From a virus: a stretch of DNA of 64,000 bases. Under the pieces are notes generated by a model. The model worked only from the letters and a program-made list of their open reading frames with translations. It had not been told where the DNA came from and ran no database searches. The stretch lies in IMG/VR virus record IMGVR_UViG_3300047319_000185, positions 1-64,000 of that record; one strand, 5' to 3'. Position numbers and translations under genes: made by a program. Below are positions 17,378 through 26,888 of this stretch, piece after piece (the stretch's first letter is position 1; each line of letters begins with the position of its first letter).

Positions 17378-17848
17378 TTAGACTTTGGTCGGGCTGAATG
17401 CCCAGGTTTCCGTTACATCGAACACACTATCGTACTCTTCATCACTCAGCAAGTCCTGAGCAAACAAGTCCCACAGAGCATCATGATCAATGTGTTCTAT
17501 CGTGATGACAGCTCTACGGTAAGGTGCATGGAAAACAGATATTCCAGCATCAGGCTGTGCACAAGACCACTCTACAGCCTTGTCATCAAGCAGTTCAAGT
17601 GCTCGTTCCTCATTGAGGAGCTTACTCTGCTTTCGGACCTTCTGCAACTCCTTGTACCGCACTCCGTGGATCTCAAGCGGTGTCTCGAACCCTATCACAT
17701 GAGAACCTCTGGCGTTAGTAGCAGCCTCTTGGAGGTACGGTTCCAGTTCATCCTTGACACGTTCCTGCATAGCCTTGAGATCAGCGATCTCCTTCTTTAA
17801 TAGAAGGTACTGGGAAACCTTGGCTCTTACTGATGCATTATCAGACAT
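17378..17848 (-). CDS. hypothetical protein (N-terminal coiled coil)
   Basis: GGGAGAG RBS before ATG 17848. Confidence 0.75.
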   Translation of the reverse strand: MSDNASVRAKVSQYLLLKKEIADLKAMQERVKDELEPYLQEAATNARGSHVIGFETPLEIHGVRYKELQKVRKQSKLLNEERALELLDDKAVEWSCAQPDAGISVFHAPYRRAVITIEHIDHDALWDLFAQDLLSDEEYDSVFDVTETWAFSPTKV

Positions 17849-18407
17849 ATCTCTCCCTGGTAATAGCGATGTTGGAGTCTGTTGTACGTGACTTGCTGTT
17901 GACATACGCCAGCATGGCTTCTACATCATCAAAGGTCATCTCTCCACAAGTCACACCAGAAGACAGACGTACCTTGAAGAAAGTATCAGGACGAAGACGG
18001 AACTTTACTGTACCTGCATGACCTGCATCAGAAAGGTAGACAACAGAGCGCCATTCGTTGTTGCCGATACGGAACTGTACATTATTTCCCTCAAGAAGCT
18101 TGCTGACAGAATTGGTGGAAACAATAGTACGGCTTATGTTTATTTCCTTCCCCTCATCAATAGCACCAGCAACGAAAGCCATTACCTTGTCCTTGTTTCC
18201 CTTAACAGTCTCATTGACTGGACTGTAGCCAGTTACTGTAGCGGAGTAGGAATAGACAGGACGTACTCTGAACTGTGTACCCTGTGCAAAGGTAACACTT
18301 GCAGGAGATTCAGGACACTCCTGCCATGGGCCATAAGGGTCCTGGTTCCAGGAAGGAACTACCTGCTTAAGATCCCTGTACTCGACACCCTTGAGAAAGT
18401 TATTCAT
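17841..18407 (-). CDS. hypothetical protein with internal duplication
   Basis: Two ~95-aa halves, each with FR(V/L)RP and similar helix. Confidence 0.75.
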   Translation of the reverse strand: MNNFLKGVEYRDLKQVVPSWNQDPYGPWQECPESPASVTFAQGTQFRVRPVYSYSATVTGYSPVNETVKGNKDKVMAFVAGAIDEGKEINISRTIVSTNSVSKLLEGNNVQFRIGNNEWRSVVYLSDAGHAGTVKFRLRPDTFFKVRLSSGVTCGEMTFDDVEAMLAYVNSKSRTTDSNIAITRERYV

Positions 18408-19975
18408 TTAGACTCCAAATAGTTTTTAAGGAACTTGGTCAGACTTGTTCCTTCATCAGTAACTCTACCATCTGCTTCTGACAATCCAGTCAGCACAGCA
18501 TTACTCACTCTAGACTTATAATTCAGCCTTGTCAACTGGTACTCTTCGACGGACCCAGCGACAATGAGATTATCGATGAAGACTTTCCGGAACGTAGACG
18601 AAGCTCGTACGTGTCGTCCGTTTCGCTGCTTGAGTGCTCCAGAAGAGTTTGGTAAGTCATAGTTAACAAGGTGGCTAGCGCTCCACAAATCCACTCCATA
18701 TCCTCCGGCGTCTGAGGAGATGAAAAGTCTAGTGTCAGGTTCGTTGTTAAACCGTTCAATGGCAATTCCTCGTTCACTACCATTTAATCCTCCATGAAAT
18801 TCTACGCTGTTGTATTTGGATAAGCCATTAACCAATAAAGGAATCATTCCCCTGAATCTGGCAAAGATAATTACTTTGTGTCGGGGATCTTCCTCAAGAT
18901 ACTGTTGAGCCAGATCCGTACAGGCTTCGTACTTGGCCCCGTAGAAGCCTTCAGGGAGGTCTCTGAGGCGCTCAATGAGGTCTGAGGCATAACTGCTGCC
19001 TCCGTCGATTCCTGGGTCGTTGTAGGCGTCTCCAGAGGCTCTGAGAAGGACGGGTGAATCCAGGAGTAGGCTTGCCGCAACAAGTCTTGCTCCGATTTGG
19101 CCGAGACCACTTCCACCATCACTGCGTTGTGTTCCAGCGTAATATCCAGAAAGCTCTTGAGCTGCTGCGGGTCCAGCTGTAATGAGAGCTCGAAAGAGGT
19201 CTCTGACAATTTCGTTATAGTAAACACGTGTCTCTTCATCCATTTCTATGTAGCAATTGAATTCTTCTACGGTTGGCATGAACTCTGCCACGTCCTTGTC
19301 AGTTCTTCTCTTGGATATACATGCTTCCATAAGTCTGGTATTCAATTCAGGCATATTCTTATAGCCTACTGTGAATCCTGCTGAACTCCTGATAATATAG
19401 TTGTCCTCAAATTCCTGCCAGTTACCCAGTACAGTAGGATCAATCCACTGCATGATAGAGAACAGTTCTTCTGCCTTGCCGTTCTCAATCGGCTCTGCGG
19501 TCAAGCCAATACGATAGGTTGACTTCATTTTCTTTACTGCTTTGGTCTGCTGTGTCCCGAAGTTCTTGATGCTGGTCACTTCGTCCACCAGAATCAGTTC
19601 CGGATTCAAGGAATTGATGAAACCTAAACTGCTCACTGCCTGACGGATACCTATAATCAAATACTCTGGCCGGGTTTCCATAGCGTCTTTTAATATACTG
19701 GAGCGCTTCTTCAATGGGATAGACCCATCCACTAGGGTCACTACTGCTGCTGTGGTGAACTGTTGGATTCGTTGTTCCCATTGCTTCGTCAGCGACGCGC
19801 TCATGATAAGGACAGCACATTTTACTTTCCCTTCGTCTCTAAGTTTCTCTATTGCATGAATGGATACGATTGTCTTTCCTGTACCCAGATCCAATGCCAA
19901 GAGAGCCCGCTTCCTCTCACAAATGAGATTCGACGCGCTCTCTTGGTATGGTCTCAGCTTTCCTGTGAACGTCAT
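18404..19975 (-). CDS. SNF2-family (SF2) DNA helicase
   Basis: LRPYQ, DLGTGKT, DEV, LTAEPIEN, GGYGVDL, QRNGRHVR. Confidence 0.92.
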   Translation of the reverse strand: MTFTGKLRPYQESASNLICERKRALLALDLGTGKTIVSIHAIEKLRDEGKVKCAVLIMSASLTKQWEQRIQQFTTAAVVTLVDGSIPLKKRSSILKDAMETRPEYLIIGIRQAVSSLGFINSLNPELILVDEVTSIKNFGTQQTKAVKKMKSTYRIGLTAEPIENGKAEELFSIMQWIDPTVLGNWQEFEDNYIIRSSAGFTVGYKNMPELNTRLMEACISKRRTDKDVAEFMPTVEEFNCYIEMDEETRVYYNEIVRDLFRALITAGPAAAQELSGYYAGTQRSDGGSGLGQIGARLVAASLLLDSPVLLRASGDAYNDPGIDGGSSYASDLIERLRDLPEGFYGAKYEACTDLAQQYLEEDPRHKVIIFARFRGMIPLLVNGLSKYNSVEFHGGLNGSERGIAIERFNNEPDTRLFISSDAGGYGVDLWSASHLVNYDLPNSSGALKQRNGRHVRASSTFRKVFIDNLIVAGSVEEYQLTRLNYKSRVSNAVLTGLSEADGRVTDEGTSLTKFLKNYLESK

Positions 19976-20958
19976 AACCGATATCTTACCATCGATTTCG
20001 CGTTTAGGACAGCCTTCTGTATATCGTTGTCAGTAACTCCTTCGGTACCCAGATCCTTTGCATGTGGAATATGAGAGTAGTCTACGAATTTGATTCTCTT
20101 TCCACTGGTCAAGTACCTGTTCCGAAGTTCCCACATTTTATTTCTGCCTGGTTCATCATTGTCCAGTGCGAGGATGACAACCTCAGCCCTGTCAAACAAG
20201 ATATCCAGTTGTCTGTTGGAGACCTGTACACCGAAGGAGGAAACTGCTCCGTCAAGTCCCGCAGTATAGAGCCGCAGACAGTCAAGCGGACTCTCAAGAA
20301 GAATAGCTGTTGTTCCGCGCATGCAGTCTATACCGAACAGCGTATCAGATTTGGGAACTCTGGCTGGCTTATTGGAAAACCAACCAGGTCCCTTCTCCTG
20401 ATATCCCCAGAAGGTTCCGGTATCAGGATCTCTGATAGGTAGAATCCAGTTTTCGTTATCCGAATCCCACAGGACTCCGTAATGGTTTACGGCTCCCGCA
20501 GAAACTCGTCGTCCGTCCAGTGCTGAGTACGGAGGAGACGAGAAGAACGCCAGTCTAGCTTCGTTCCATGGCTGTACCCACGATTCTGACGAGACACTGT
20601 CAGAGGCAGTCGCCAGACTTCGTCGCAGTCGAGAGATTCCACCACGACTACGGACCCATTGTTCTGCGTCATGTCGATCATATCCTTTGACCTCCTGAAC
20701 TAGGTAAACGAATGAACCACTGAAACCACAACTGAAACAGGAATGATCTCCCGTTTCTACATTTACAGACCATTTATTAGGCCTGTTGTTCTCCTTGTCA
20801 AGCCTGCTCAGATGACCTGGACAGATTGCCCATGCTTCTCCATGAGTCAATCGGGTAACCTGTATACCCAGTTCTTCCAAGCAAGCTATCACATCTCCGG
20901 GAACTGGAGTTGTCTTACTGGCTGCCCAACCCTTAGTAAGGGGTTTCGTAACCTTCAT
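19972..20958 (-). CDS. DNA primase (CHC2 zinc finger plus TOPRIM)
   Basis: CPGH..CFSC, LLESPLD, ALDNDEPG, AKD. Confidence 0.92.
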   Translation of the reverse strand: MKVTKPLTKGWAASKTTPVPGDVIACLEELGIQVTRLTHGEAWAICPGHLSRLDKENNRPNKWSVNVETGDHSCFSCGFSGSFVYLVQEVKGYDRHDAEQWVRSRGGISRLRRSLATASDSVSSESWVQPWNEARLAFFSSPPYSALDGRRVSAGAVNHYGVLWDSDNENWILPIRDPDTGTFWGYQEKGPGWFSNKPARVPKSDTLFGIDCMRGTTAILLESPLDCLRLYTAGLDGAVSSFGVQVSNRQLDILFDRAEVVILALDNDEPGRNKMWELRNRYLTSGKRIKFVDYSHIPHAKDLGTEGVTDNDIQKAVLNAKSMVRYRL

Positions 20959-22219
20959 CTGTCAGCTCCCGATCGTTGCTATCGGGATTGAAGTCCTCCA
21001 ACTCTTCAAACTTCCCTGTGTCGTAGTCAAATAGTAGCGTAACACAGACGTTGGCGCAACTGCGGGCCATAAGGATCTTCAGCTTACGAAGCTTCTGCTC
21101 CTCAAAGCTTCCCTCAACCTCTGGAAGTCGCTCCACTCCAATGACAGTGTTGCTGTACTCGGAAAACGCACGACTGCCCTTCATGGAGTCACCGTTCAAC
21201 ATCTCACCCTTGGTACGGGCAGCGGTTGACTGAGTGACTACGACGATGCTTATGCTGCGACGCATGGCAAGGAACTTAAATCCATTGACAATATTAGCAA
21301 GAGCAGCAGCAGTCTCCCGCTCCTGTCCTCTCTCGTCATCCATCATATAGACACCATCAACGATCACTACATCCGGCTTGAATGTATCGATCTTTGCACC
21401 GACAGCAGATACTGTCATACAGTCTTCCACAATCATCAGAGGTGCCAGGTTCTCAGTAAGATGGACTGATCGATTAAGCTTTATCCATTCATCCTCGGTA
21501 AGGTCGCCTGAATTGATCTTGTTCTCATTAAAACCGGCTCGATAAGCGTCAAGCCTGCGCTCCTGTTCCTCAACAGTCTGTTCGAATGTCAGATACAGTA
21601 CACGTTTGTTCTGTTCCTGCACATGCATAGCAATCAGCATAGCAATAGTGGACTTAGAAGACTTAGGAAGACCTGTAATGGTTGTTAGCTGACCCGGTTG
21701 AAGCCCCTGAGTGGCCCTGTCAATCGTTGGAAAACCTGTAGGTATCCCTACCAGGGTTCCAGGGTTGTTACGGCGTTCAAGGTACCTCTCAAGGCGCTCA
21801 GGACCGTTCTGTGTGACATCTACATCCCTACTGCTGACGACTGAGGTGTACACCTTGGTCAGTGTCATTCCCAGGAAGTTGATAGCCCCGTCGATGTCAC
21901 CTTCCAGGACAGCATTGTCCACTTCAGCAAGGTTCTCATTCAGAACACTGACAAGATACTGCTCCTGTACACGCTTTACCAGGCTTCCCCATGATTCATC
22001 CACCTCATGCAGAGTCAGCTTGGGATGGTCTGCCTTGAACTCTCTGACAGTAGGAACAATTCCGTGCTCAGTATACTGCTCCCTAATATCTTCAAAGGCT
22101 GCCCGAATATCGGGATCGCGAATAAAGAATGCCTGAATGTCTGCTGCTTCTTTTAGAGAACGTTCCTGGATAATCTTTGAAATCAGAAGCTTCTCAACAT
22201 TGAATGTCGTTGACAACAA
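20933..22219 (-). CDS. dnaB: DnaB-like replicative helicase
   Basis: GIPTGFPTID..GLQPGQL, GLPKSSKST, FEQ, IVDGVY. Confidence 0.93.
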   Translation of the reverse strand: MLSTTFNVEKLLISKIIQERSLKEAADIQAFFIRDPDIRAAFEDIREQYTEHGIVPTVREFKADHPKLTLHEVDESWGSLVKRVQEQYLVSVLNENLAEVDNAVLEGDIDGAINFLGMTLTKVYTSVVSSRDVDVTQNGPERLERYLERRNNPGTLVGIPTGFPTIDRATQGLQPGQLTTITGLPKSSKSTIAMLIAMHVQEQNKRVLYLTFEQTVEEQERRLDAYRAGFNENKINSGDLTEDEWIKLNRSVHLTENLAPLMIVEDCMTVSAVGAKIDTFKPDVVIVDGVYMMDDERGQERETAAALANIVNGFKFLAMRRSISIVVVTQSTAARTKGEMLNGDSMKGSRAFSEYSNTVIGVERLPEVEGSFEEQKLRKLKILMARSCANVCVTLLFDYDTGKFEELEDFNPDSNDRELTDEGYETPY

Positions 22220-22225
22220 TACCTC

Positions 22226-22672
22226 CTAAAGAATGTTGTACAGGTTAAGGTCACTACTCGTAACTGTGCGACCCTTGCTACCCCAAGTCAAGACGTGCTT
22301 AGGATCAGGATCGAATACCCTGAGAATAGAAGGATCATATGTCAGGTCATCTAGGAGAGACTCCACAGTGAAGTAGTGGATACCTCCGAAGAACATATTC
22401 CTGCTGTCCAGTTTATTTCTAATCGGGTCCACGAATTCGGGATCTACAAAGGTGATGACATCAATTCTGAAGTCTCTCCTGTGCAGATCCCGAATGCCTT
22501 GCGTAGTCTTGGTGCTCAAATCATAGTAGTCTACTGCCTGCTGCCACTTCTTTCTCTTTCGAGCCAGTGCTTCAAGGGCACGAGTCTTGGCGTCAGGCAA
22601 TGTACCAATCAGATTCTCGAAAACCACGTATACGCGAGGAAGGACGCTATTCGACAGCTCGCCCTTTCTCAA
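22226..22672 (-). CDS. hypothetical protein, degenerate HAD-like fold possible
   Basis: VYVVFENLIG in the position of DxDG; conserved-looking upstream neighbour of dnaB. Confidence 0.65.
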   Translation of the reverse strand: MRKGELSNSVLPRVYVVFENLIGTLPDAKTRALEALARKRKKWQQAVDYYDLSTKTTQGIRDLHRRDFRIDVITFVDPEFVDPIRNKLDSRNMFFGGIHYFTVESLLDDLTYDPSILRVFDPDPKHVLTWGSKGRTVTSSDLNLYNIL

Positions 22673-22808
22673 GTTCCCTCTCCATCTGTGCGTTGAAACG
22701 ATCTACGTAGAACTGTGTCCAACGATCGTCCAGTGTTGCTACGTCCAGAGGATCGTGTTCGTACCCGTCTTCCGGATACCAGTCCTCTGCTTCAGATGCT
22801 ACTCCCAT
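22647..22808 (-). CDS. small acidic hypothetical protein
   Basis: MGVASEAEDW...; fills gap; start uncertain. Confidence 0.5.
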   Translation of the reverse strand: MGVASEAEDWYPEDGYEHDPLDVATLDDRWTQFYVDRFNAQMERELEKGRAVE

Positions 22809-23145
22809 TTCCCAGCCTCTCATAAAGTCCTTCTGTACAGTGGCCACAGCAGCCATGTACACCTGTTCCATAGTAGCCAATGCTGTCGTAGAACGCAACT
22901 GAGTCAGGATCAGAATGTCCGATACCACATGTACAGAACCTTTCGGCAAAACCATTTGGCTTAGAACTGAAAGGGCTACCCATTCTCAGACCTATAGGAG
23001 CATTCTTCAGCGGGTGATCGGAAGGATTATGTATAGCACATCGACCACCTTTACATACGCTCGCTTTATGAACATTCCACTTAACTTCAGCATCGTCCGT
23101 GAAGATATCATGCTTCCATCTCTTATTCTTCTGTAGTTTAGCCAT
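22792..23145 (-). CDS. Cys/His-rich metal-binding protein
   Basis: H..C..C.IH.PSDH..ER.C.CG.GH.DPD..HGCCGHC. Confidence 0.75.
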   Translation of the reverse strand: MAKLQKNKRWKHDIFTDDAEVKWNVHKASVCKGGRCAIHNPSDHPLKNAPIGLRMGSPFSSKPNGFAERFCTCGIGHSDPDSVAFYDSIGYYGTGVHGCCGHCTEGLYERLGNGSSI

Positions 23146-23393
23146 CAAGTAAAGTCCAATCCACAACCGGGGCACACGAGATTCTGACCGAAATTAATCC
23201 ATACTCCGATAATCTCATCTGCTCGAACGCATGTGTCAGGAGTGTACAGGCCAATACCAGGATGACATTCACGTTCCTTGGAATCGTAGGTACTGTGGCC
23301 GTAGCCCAGCATGTTCCTGGTGAACCTGTCAGGAACATCTCGGATCATCATACGGTGTCCACTGATCTCTACAATTTCATCGGGATTCATCAT
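23145..23393 (-). CDS. small Zn-binding hypothetical protein
   Basis: Ends in CPGCGLD; TGATG-coupled. Confidence 0.65.
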   Translation of the reverse strand: MMNPDEIVEISGHRMMIRDVPDRFTRNMLGYGHSTYDSKERECHPGIGLYTPDTCVRADEIIGVWINFGQNLVCPGCGLDFT

Positions 23394-23610
23394 TAGCTCT
23401 CTCCAGATCCTTTCGTATGACCTCTTCACACTCTGGACTATTACAGTAGTGGCCTTGATAGTCCACGTCAAGCCTCTTGGTAGGAACCTTGCAGATAAAA
23501 CAAGGCTCTGCTGTATCTACAAGCCATGCTGAATGATCCATCCATACAAAACCATACTCGTCCTTGTAAGGAAAGACCATATCAGGGGAGTACCAGGTCT
23601 CCTTATCCAT
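23377..23610 (-). CDS. small Zn-finger protein
   Basis: CFIC...YCNSPEC. Confidence 0.65.
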   Translation of the reverse strand: MDKETWYSPDMVFPYKDEYGFVWMDHSAWLVDTAEPCFICKVPTKRLDVDYQGHYCNSPECEEVIRKDLERANDESR

Positions 23611-24516
23611 CTAGAAGTCTCCGTCTGCAACTTGCAGTACACGAATTCGCAGCTTACGAAGACGACGTACAACACGGTCCCTGTCATCGAACCAGGCCAG
23701 GATATTGTACTTACCACGAATGTACTTGTCCACCATGTACTGCTTCACATCAGCATCGTTCCAGTCCTTCTGGTCGATACCGTCACGCATGTAGAATTCC
23801 TGGAACCGGATGTGATGAATAGCATTCCATTCCTCAGTATCCGCGCGGCAAGTATCAGGGCGACCAGACATTCCAAAATGGGGAGCCCGTGGCAGACCGT
23901 CCTCAATAATATCCTTAAGACGAACGATATCTGCATGAGGTGCGTCAGTCAGGACACGACTGTAGTCATAGGGAGACCGAGCAACATGCTTGGCAGTGGT
24001 TCCATCAGTGTCCCAGACAACACAGAACGGAAGATCAGGATCAAACTCAAGAGGAGCTGACAGGACAACATCGTTCATCCACTCAGGAGTCAGCTTCCAC
24101 TTACCAATCCGCGTAGCCATCTTACGGATAACTGCCTCACCAACAGAACGCTCTCCATCAATTGCACGCCTCCAGTCATTGGTGATGCAGTCCTCAGTAG
24201 TAACATGGCTGAAATCCTGGACCTTGAACAGTACATCACCATCAAAGAGACGCTTGATACGCTTAGGCATGTTCTTCTCAATGTGAGTGTTGTCCACGAT
24301 CACATCCTTGCCCGCCTTTACAGCAGCAAGAATAGCCTTGTCCTGGATATCAAGAGCAATAGCCTCAGCATCCTTACTGAATGGAAGCCCAACCATTGCA
24401 CGGATGTCATCCATATTCACACGCACAATCTGACCATCGGAATCAGCTACCTGCTGCTTGGCCCAGGTACTCTTGCCACTAGCGGGCAATCCGCGACAAA
24501 GTGTAATCGTAGTCAC
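23611..24516 (-). CDS. pseT: polynucleotide 5'-kinase/3'-phosphatase (T4 PseT-like)
   Basis: GLPASGKST P-loop, D.IR, HAD DTDGT, SGR, DDR. Confidence 0.93.
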   Translation of the reverse strand: MTTITLCRGLPASGKSTWAKQQVADSDGQIVRVNMDDIRAMVGLPFSKDAEAIALDIQDKAILAAVKAGKDVIVDNTHIEKNMPKRIKRLFDGDVLFKVQDFSHVTTEDCITNDWRRAIDGERSVGEAVIRKMATRIGKWKLTPEWMNDVVLSAPLEFDPDLPFCVVWDTDGTTAKHVARSPYDYSRVLTDAPHADIVRLKDIIEDGLPRAPHFGMSGRPDTCRADTEEWNAIHHIRFQEFYMRDGIDQKDWNDADVKQYMVDKYIRGKYNILAWFDDRDRVVRRLRKLRIRVLQVADGDF

Positions 24517-24729
24517 TTACTTCTCCTTCCACTTGTAGTAGCCTAGTACGTTTACGCCAACGAAAAACGCACAGATAACAATGAACGGCCACTGGTGCGT
24601 AAATATGGCGTATATAATCCATAAGACATTGTAGATAATACCTACTGTCAAACCTTGCCTACTCTTCCTGACAGCTAGCATATAGTATCCAATGATACCT
24701 ATAGCTGAAAGGATGGAACTGAATATCAC
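24517..24729 (-). CDS. short PnuC-like membrane protein
   Basis: Three TM helices, W..YA....W.F....GYYKW ending. Confidence 0.6.
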   Translation of the reverse strand: MIFSSILSAIGIIGYYMLAVRKSRQGLTVGIIYNVLWIIYAIFTHQWPFIVICAFFVGVNVLGYYKWKEK

Positions 24730-25025
24730 TTATCCACCTTAACCCATCGGTACTCAGTACGATCATACACACCACGTGCATAATTAGCATCAAACTCTCG
24801 CATCGCAGATGAAGACACCGACTTGTCGTGCCTAATCCATCCGCTTTCCTTGCTAAAGAACTCCCTGTAATACCTAGCAGAGTCACAAATCTTACTGTGA
24901 TCCATTGCCCACTGAAGCATGTCAGCAAGAGTTCCCGCTTCAGTTTCAGTGCCACAATCTCCACACTCAAGCATGTTGGGATACCATTCCTCAGCATTGG
25001 TCGTGAAGAACTTACTGGCGTCCAT
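24726..25025 (-). CDS. hypothetical protein
   Basis: CGDC..H...C; AGGAGG RBS. Confidence 0.7.
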   Translation of the reverse strand: MDASKFFTTNAEEWYPNMLECGDCGTETEAGTLADMLQWAMDHSKICDSARYYREFFSKESGWIRHDKSVSSSAMREFDANYARGVYDRTEYRWVKVDK

Positions 25026-25101
25026 AACTTCCTCCTAAGATGAGATCAAGAAGGCAGAGAGTTTAGTTTCTCTCCGCCCTGTTGAACCAACCTTACACCT
25101 G

Positions 25102-25359
25102 CTAGTACAGGCTGTCCAGCGCTTCCATCATCTTCTCTCGCGCAGCATCGTAACCGGAATCATAGCCTTCCTCGCGACCATCCTCTAGGCCGATACTGTA
25201 GGAATCATCGCTCATACTAGAGGCAAAGTCATCCATAACCTCAGTAAGCTCCTCAATCATAGCCTTCAGGTCATACGGAAGGAAGACATCCCTGTCGAAC
25301 ATGGAACGATCCTCCAGAACCCGCAGAACCTTGAGGGCAGTAGAGAGACTGTCAGTCAT
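25102..25359 (-). CDS. acidic helical protein
   Basis: GxxxGxxxG repeat tail. Confidence 0.7.
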   Translation of the reverse strand: MTDSLSTALKVLRVLEDRSMFDRDVFLPYDLKAMIEELTEVMDDFASSMSDDSYSIGLEDGREEGYDSGYDAAREKMMEALDSLY

Positions 25360-25601
25360 TAAAACTCCTTAGTATTACTGTAGTGGATCTCAGCATTGGA
25401 CAATTCATCCTGGACGTCGTCCATAAGTTCTAGCAACTCAAAGAAGGCGTCATCCATCTCTTCCCACTTCTCCTTGAGAGAATCGGGTACGTCATAATCA
25501 TCAATCGCATGAAGGCCGTAAACCAGCACCTCATAGAGCCCACCTTCCCACTCGATCTTGCCAAGCAGGTCATAAATGTTATGTGATTCGTCCATAATCA
25601 T
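25359..25601 (-). CDS. acidic hypothetical protein
   Basis: 80 aa, coupled. Confidence 0.7.
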   Translation of the reverse strand: MIMDESHNIYDLLGKIEWEGGLYEVLVYGLHAIDDYDVPDSLKEKWEEMDDAFFELLELMDDVQDELSNAEIHYSNTKEF

Positions 25602-25603
25602 CC

Positions 25604-26266
25604 CTAAAGTCGTGTGTCCTTACCCAGAAGAGGATAGGAATCAAAGGCATCATGCTGGAAACTCTCGAAAGAGTCTCCGTAGACCCCTCGCATTGACTCA
25701 GGGTCGATATTGGTAGTGATGATAGTAGGCAGAGCACTGTCGTACCTTACACGGATAAGCTCATGGAAGAAACTCTCGGTGAAACCTGACTGTGTACGGT
25801 ATTCCTGACCTATATCATCGATAACCACAAGTGATCGTGTATTGACAGCTTCAAGAATCTTCTTGGCCTTGATCTTACGCTCTGTAGCTTCACTGTCAAA
25901 GGTATTGGTCATAGCCGACTTGAGGTCAGAGAACCTGATGTAATATATCGTTAGAGTATGGTGAAGGTACTGAGTCTCCATGAGAGTAATGACTGCAAGA
26001 GTAGTCTTACGGGTACCATTGCGCCCGAAGAACAACAGACCCTTACCGATATTCTCCCGGTTGGCTGGATAGTTACCTGCTGCTGCTCGTTCTGTGGACA
26101 CATAGTGCTCAGCAAAATGCTCAGTAAAATCCTTGGCTGCTGCCAGAGCTACATGCCCAGTTCCGTGAGGATGCTGATAGTCTGCGAACCTCATACCTCT
26201 TAGTTTCACAGGAATATTAGCCTCATGCCAACGGCCCGTATAGAATTCAGCCGGAAGTACTGCCAT
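25604..26266 (-). CDS. DnaC-like helicase loader AAA+ ATPase
   Basis: GLLFFGRNGTRKTT, VIDDIGQE, RY....PTIITTN; GGAGGAG RBS at 26266. Confidence 0.88.
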   Translation of the reverse strand: MAVLPAEFYTGRWHEANIPVKLRGMRFADYQHPHGTGHVALAAAKDFTEHFAEHYVSTERAAAGNYPANRENIGKGLLFFGRNGTRKTTLAVITLMETQYLHHTLTIYYIRFSDLKSAMTNTFDSEATERKIKAKKILEAVNTRSLVVIDDIGQEYRTQSGFTESFFHELIRVRYDSALPTIITTNIDPESMRGVYGDSFESFQHDAFDSYPLLGKDTRL

Positions 26267-26633
26267 TTGTCTCCTCCCATTCGCGCTCATACTTGGCCCA
26301 CTTGTCTTCAACCTGAACAGGCGCAAGCTTAGCACTGATCTGTTCTGCCCGATAGAGGAAGTCCTGCCAACCTGGATTCTTTCCTCTTAATGATGCATCC
26401 TGCAAGTACAGGTCCATCATCGACATCATGGTAGCAGAGTCTGTCTTGTCTTTCCAGTTGGTAAGAGACCCTGCCATAGCACGGCTATTGACTACGCCGA
26501 ATCCTGACCATGCTGCTGCCTGGAATCTCTTACGGAAGTACTCTGCCAACTTCATTGAATTGAAAGATGACTGAGGGACGATCTCTTCTTTATCTGAGTC
26601 GTCCCACAAATCACCCCAAGCTCCTGGGGACAC
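26247..26633 (-). CDS. hypothetical protein, possible replication initiator or loader partner
   Basis: Helical; immediately upstream of and overlapping the DnaC-like gene. Confidence 0.6.
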   Translation of the reverse strand: MSPGAWGDLWDDSDKEEIVPQSSFNSMKLAEYFRKRFQAAAWSGFGVVNSRAMAGSLTNWKDKTDSATMMSMMDLYLQDASLRGKNPGWQDFLYRAEQISAKLAPVQVEDKWAKYEREWEETNGSTSG

Positions 26634-26636
26634 TAT

Positions 26637-26888
26637 TCAGTTCCCCTTGTCGTGTGCTCTGCGGATCTTCAACAGGACACCACTGGGTTCAGTATCTATG
26701 TACATATGGTAGAGACCTCGGGTAACAAGCTGCCATGTCAGTGACTTCTCTACCGCAGATAGAATTGTCTCCTTGTAATCCGATTCCGCACACCATTTGG
26801 CATACTCAAGGTCATAGTACAGTTGTCCACCGAACCAGTCAGGAAAGTCATCAAGGAGAGCCTCCCAAACCCACTTAGGCTTAGACAT
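26637..26888 (-). CDS. hypothetical protein
   Basis: 83-aa ORF. Confidence 0.65.
   Translation of the reverse strand: MSKPKWVWEALLDDFPDWFGGQLYYDLEYAKWCAESDYKETILSAVEKSLTWQLVTRGLYHMYIDTEPSGVLLKIRRAHDKGN

Noticed and set aside
17021-17800. 259-aa plus-strand ORF
   Set aside because: Antisense shadow of two well-supported minus-strand genes; low-complexity translation.
8193-22219. Inteins or introns in RNR, PolA and helicases (also checked terminase and RecA)
   Set aside because: ORFs are continuous and of normal length, with no C...HN-C/S/T splice motifs or split genes.
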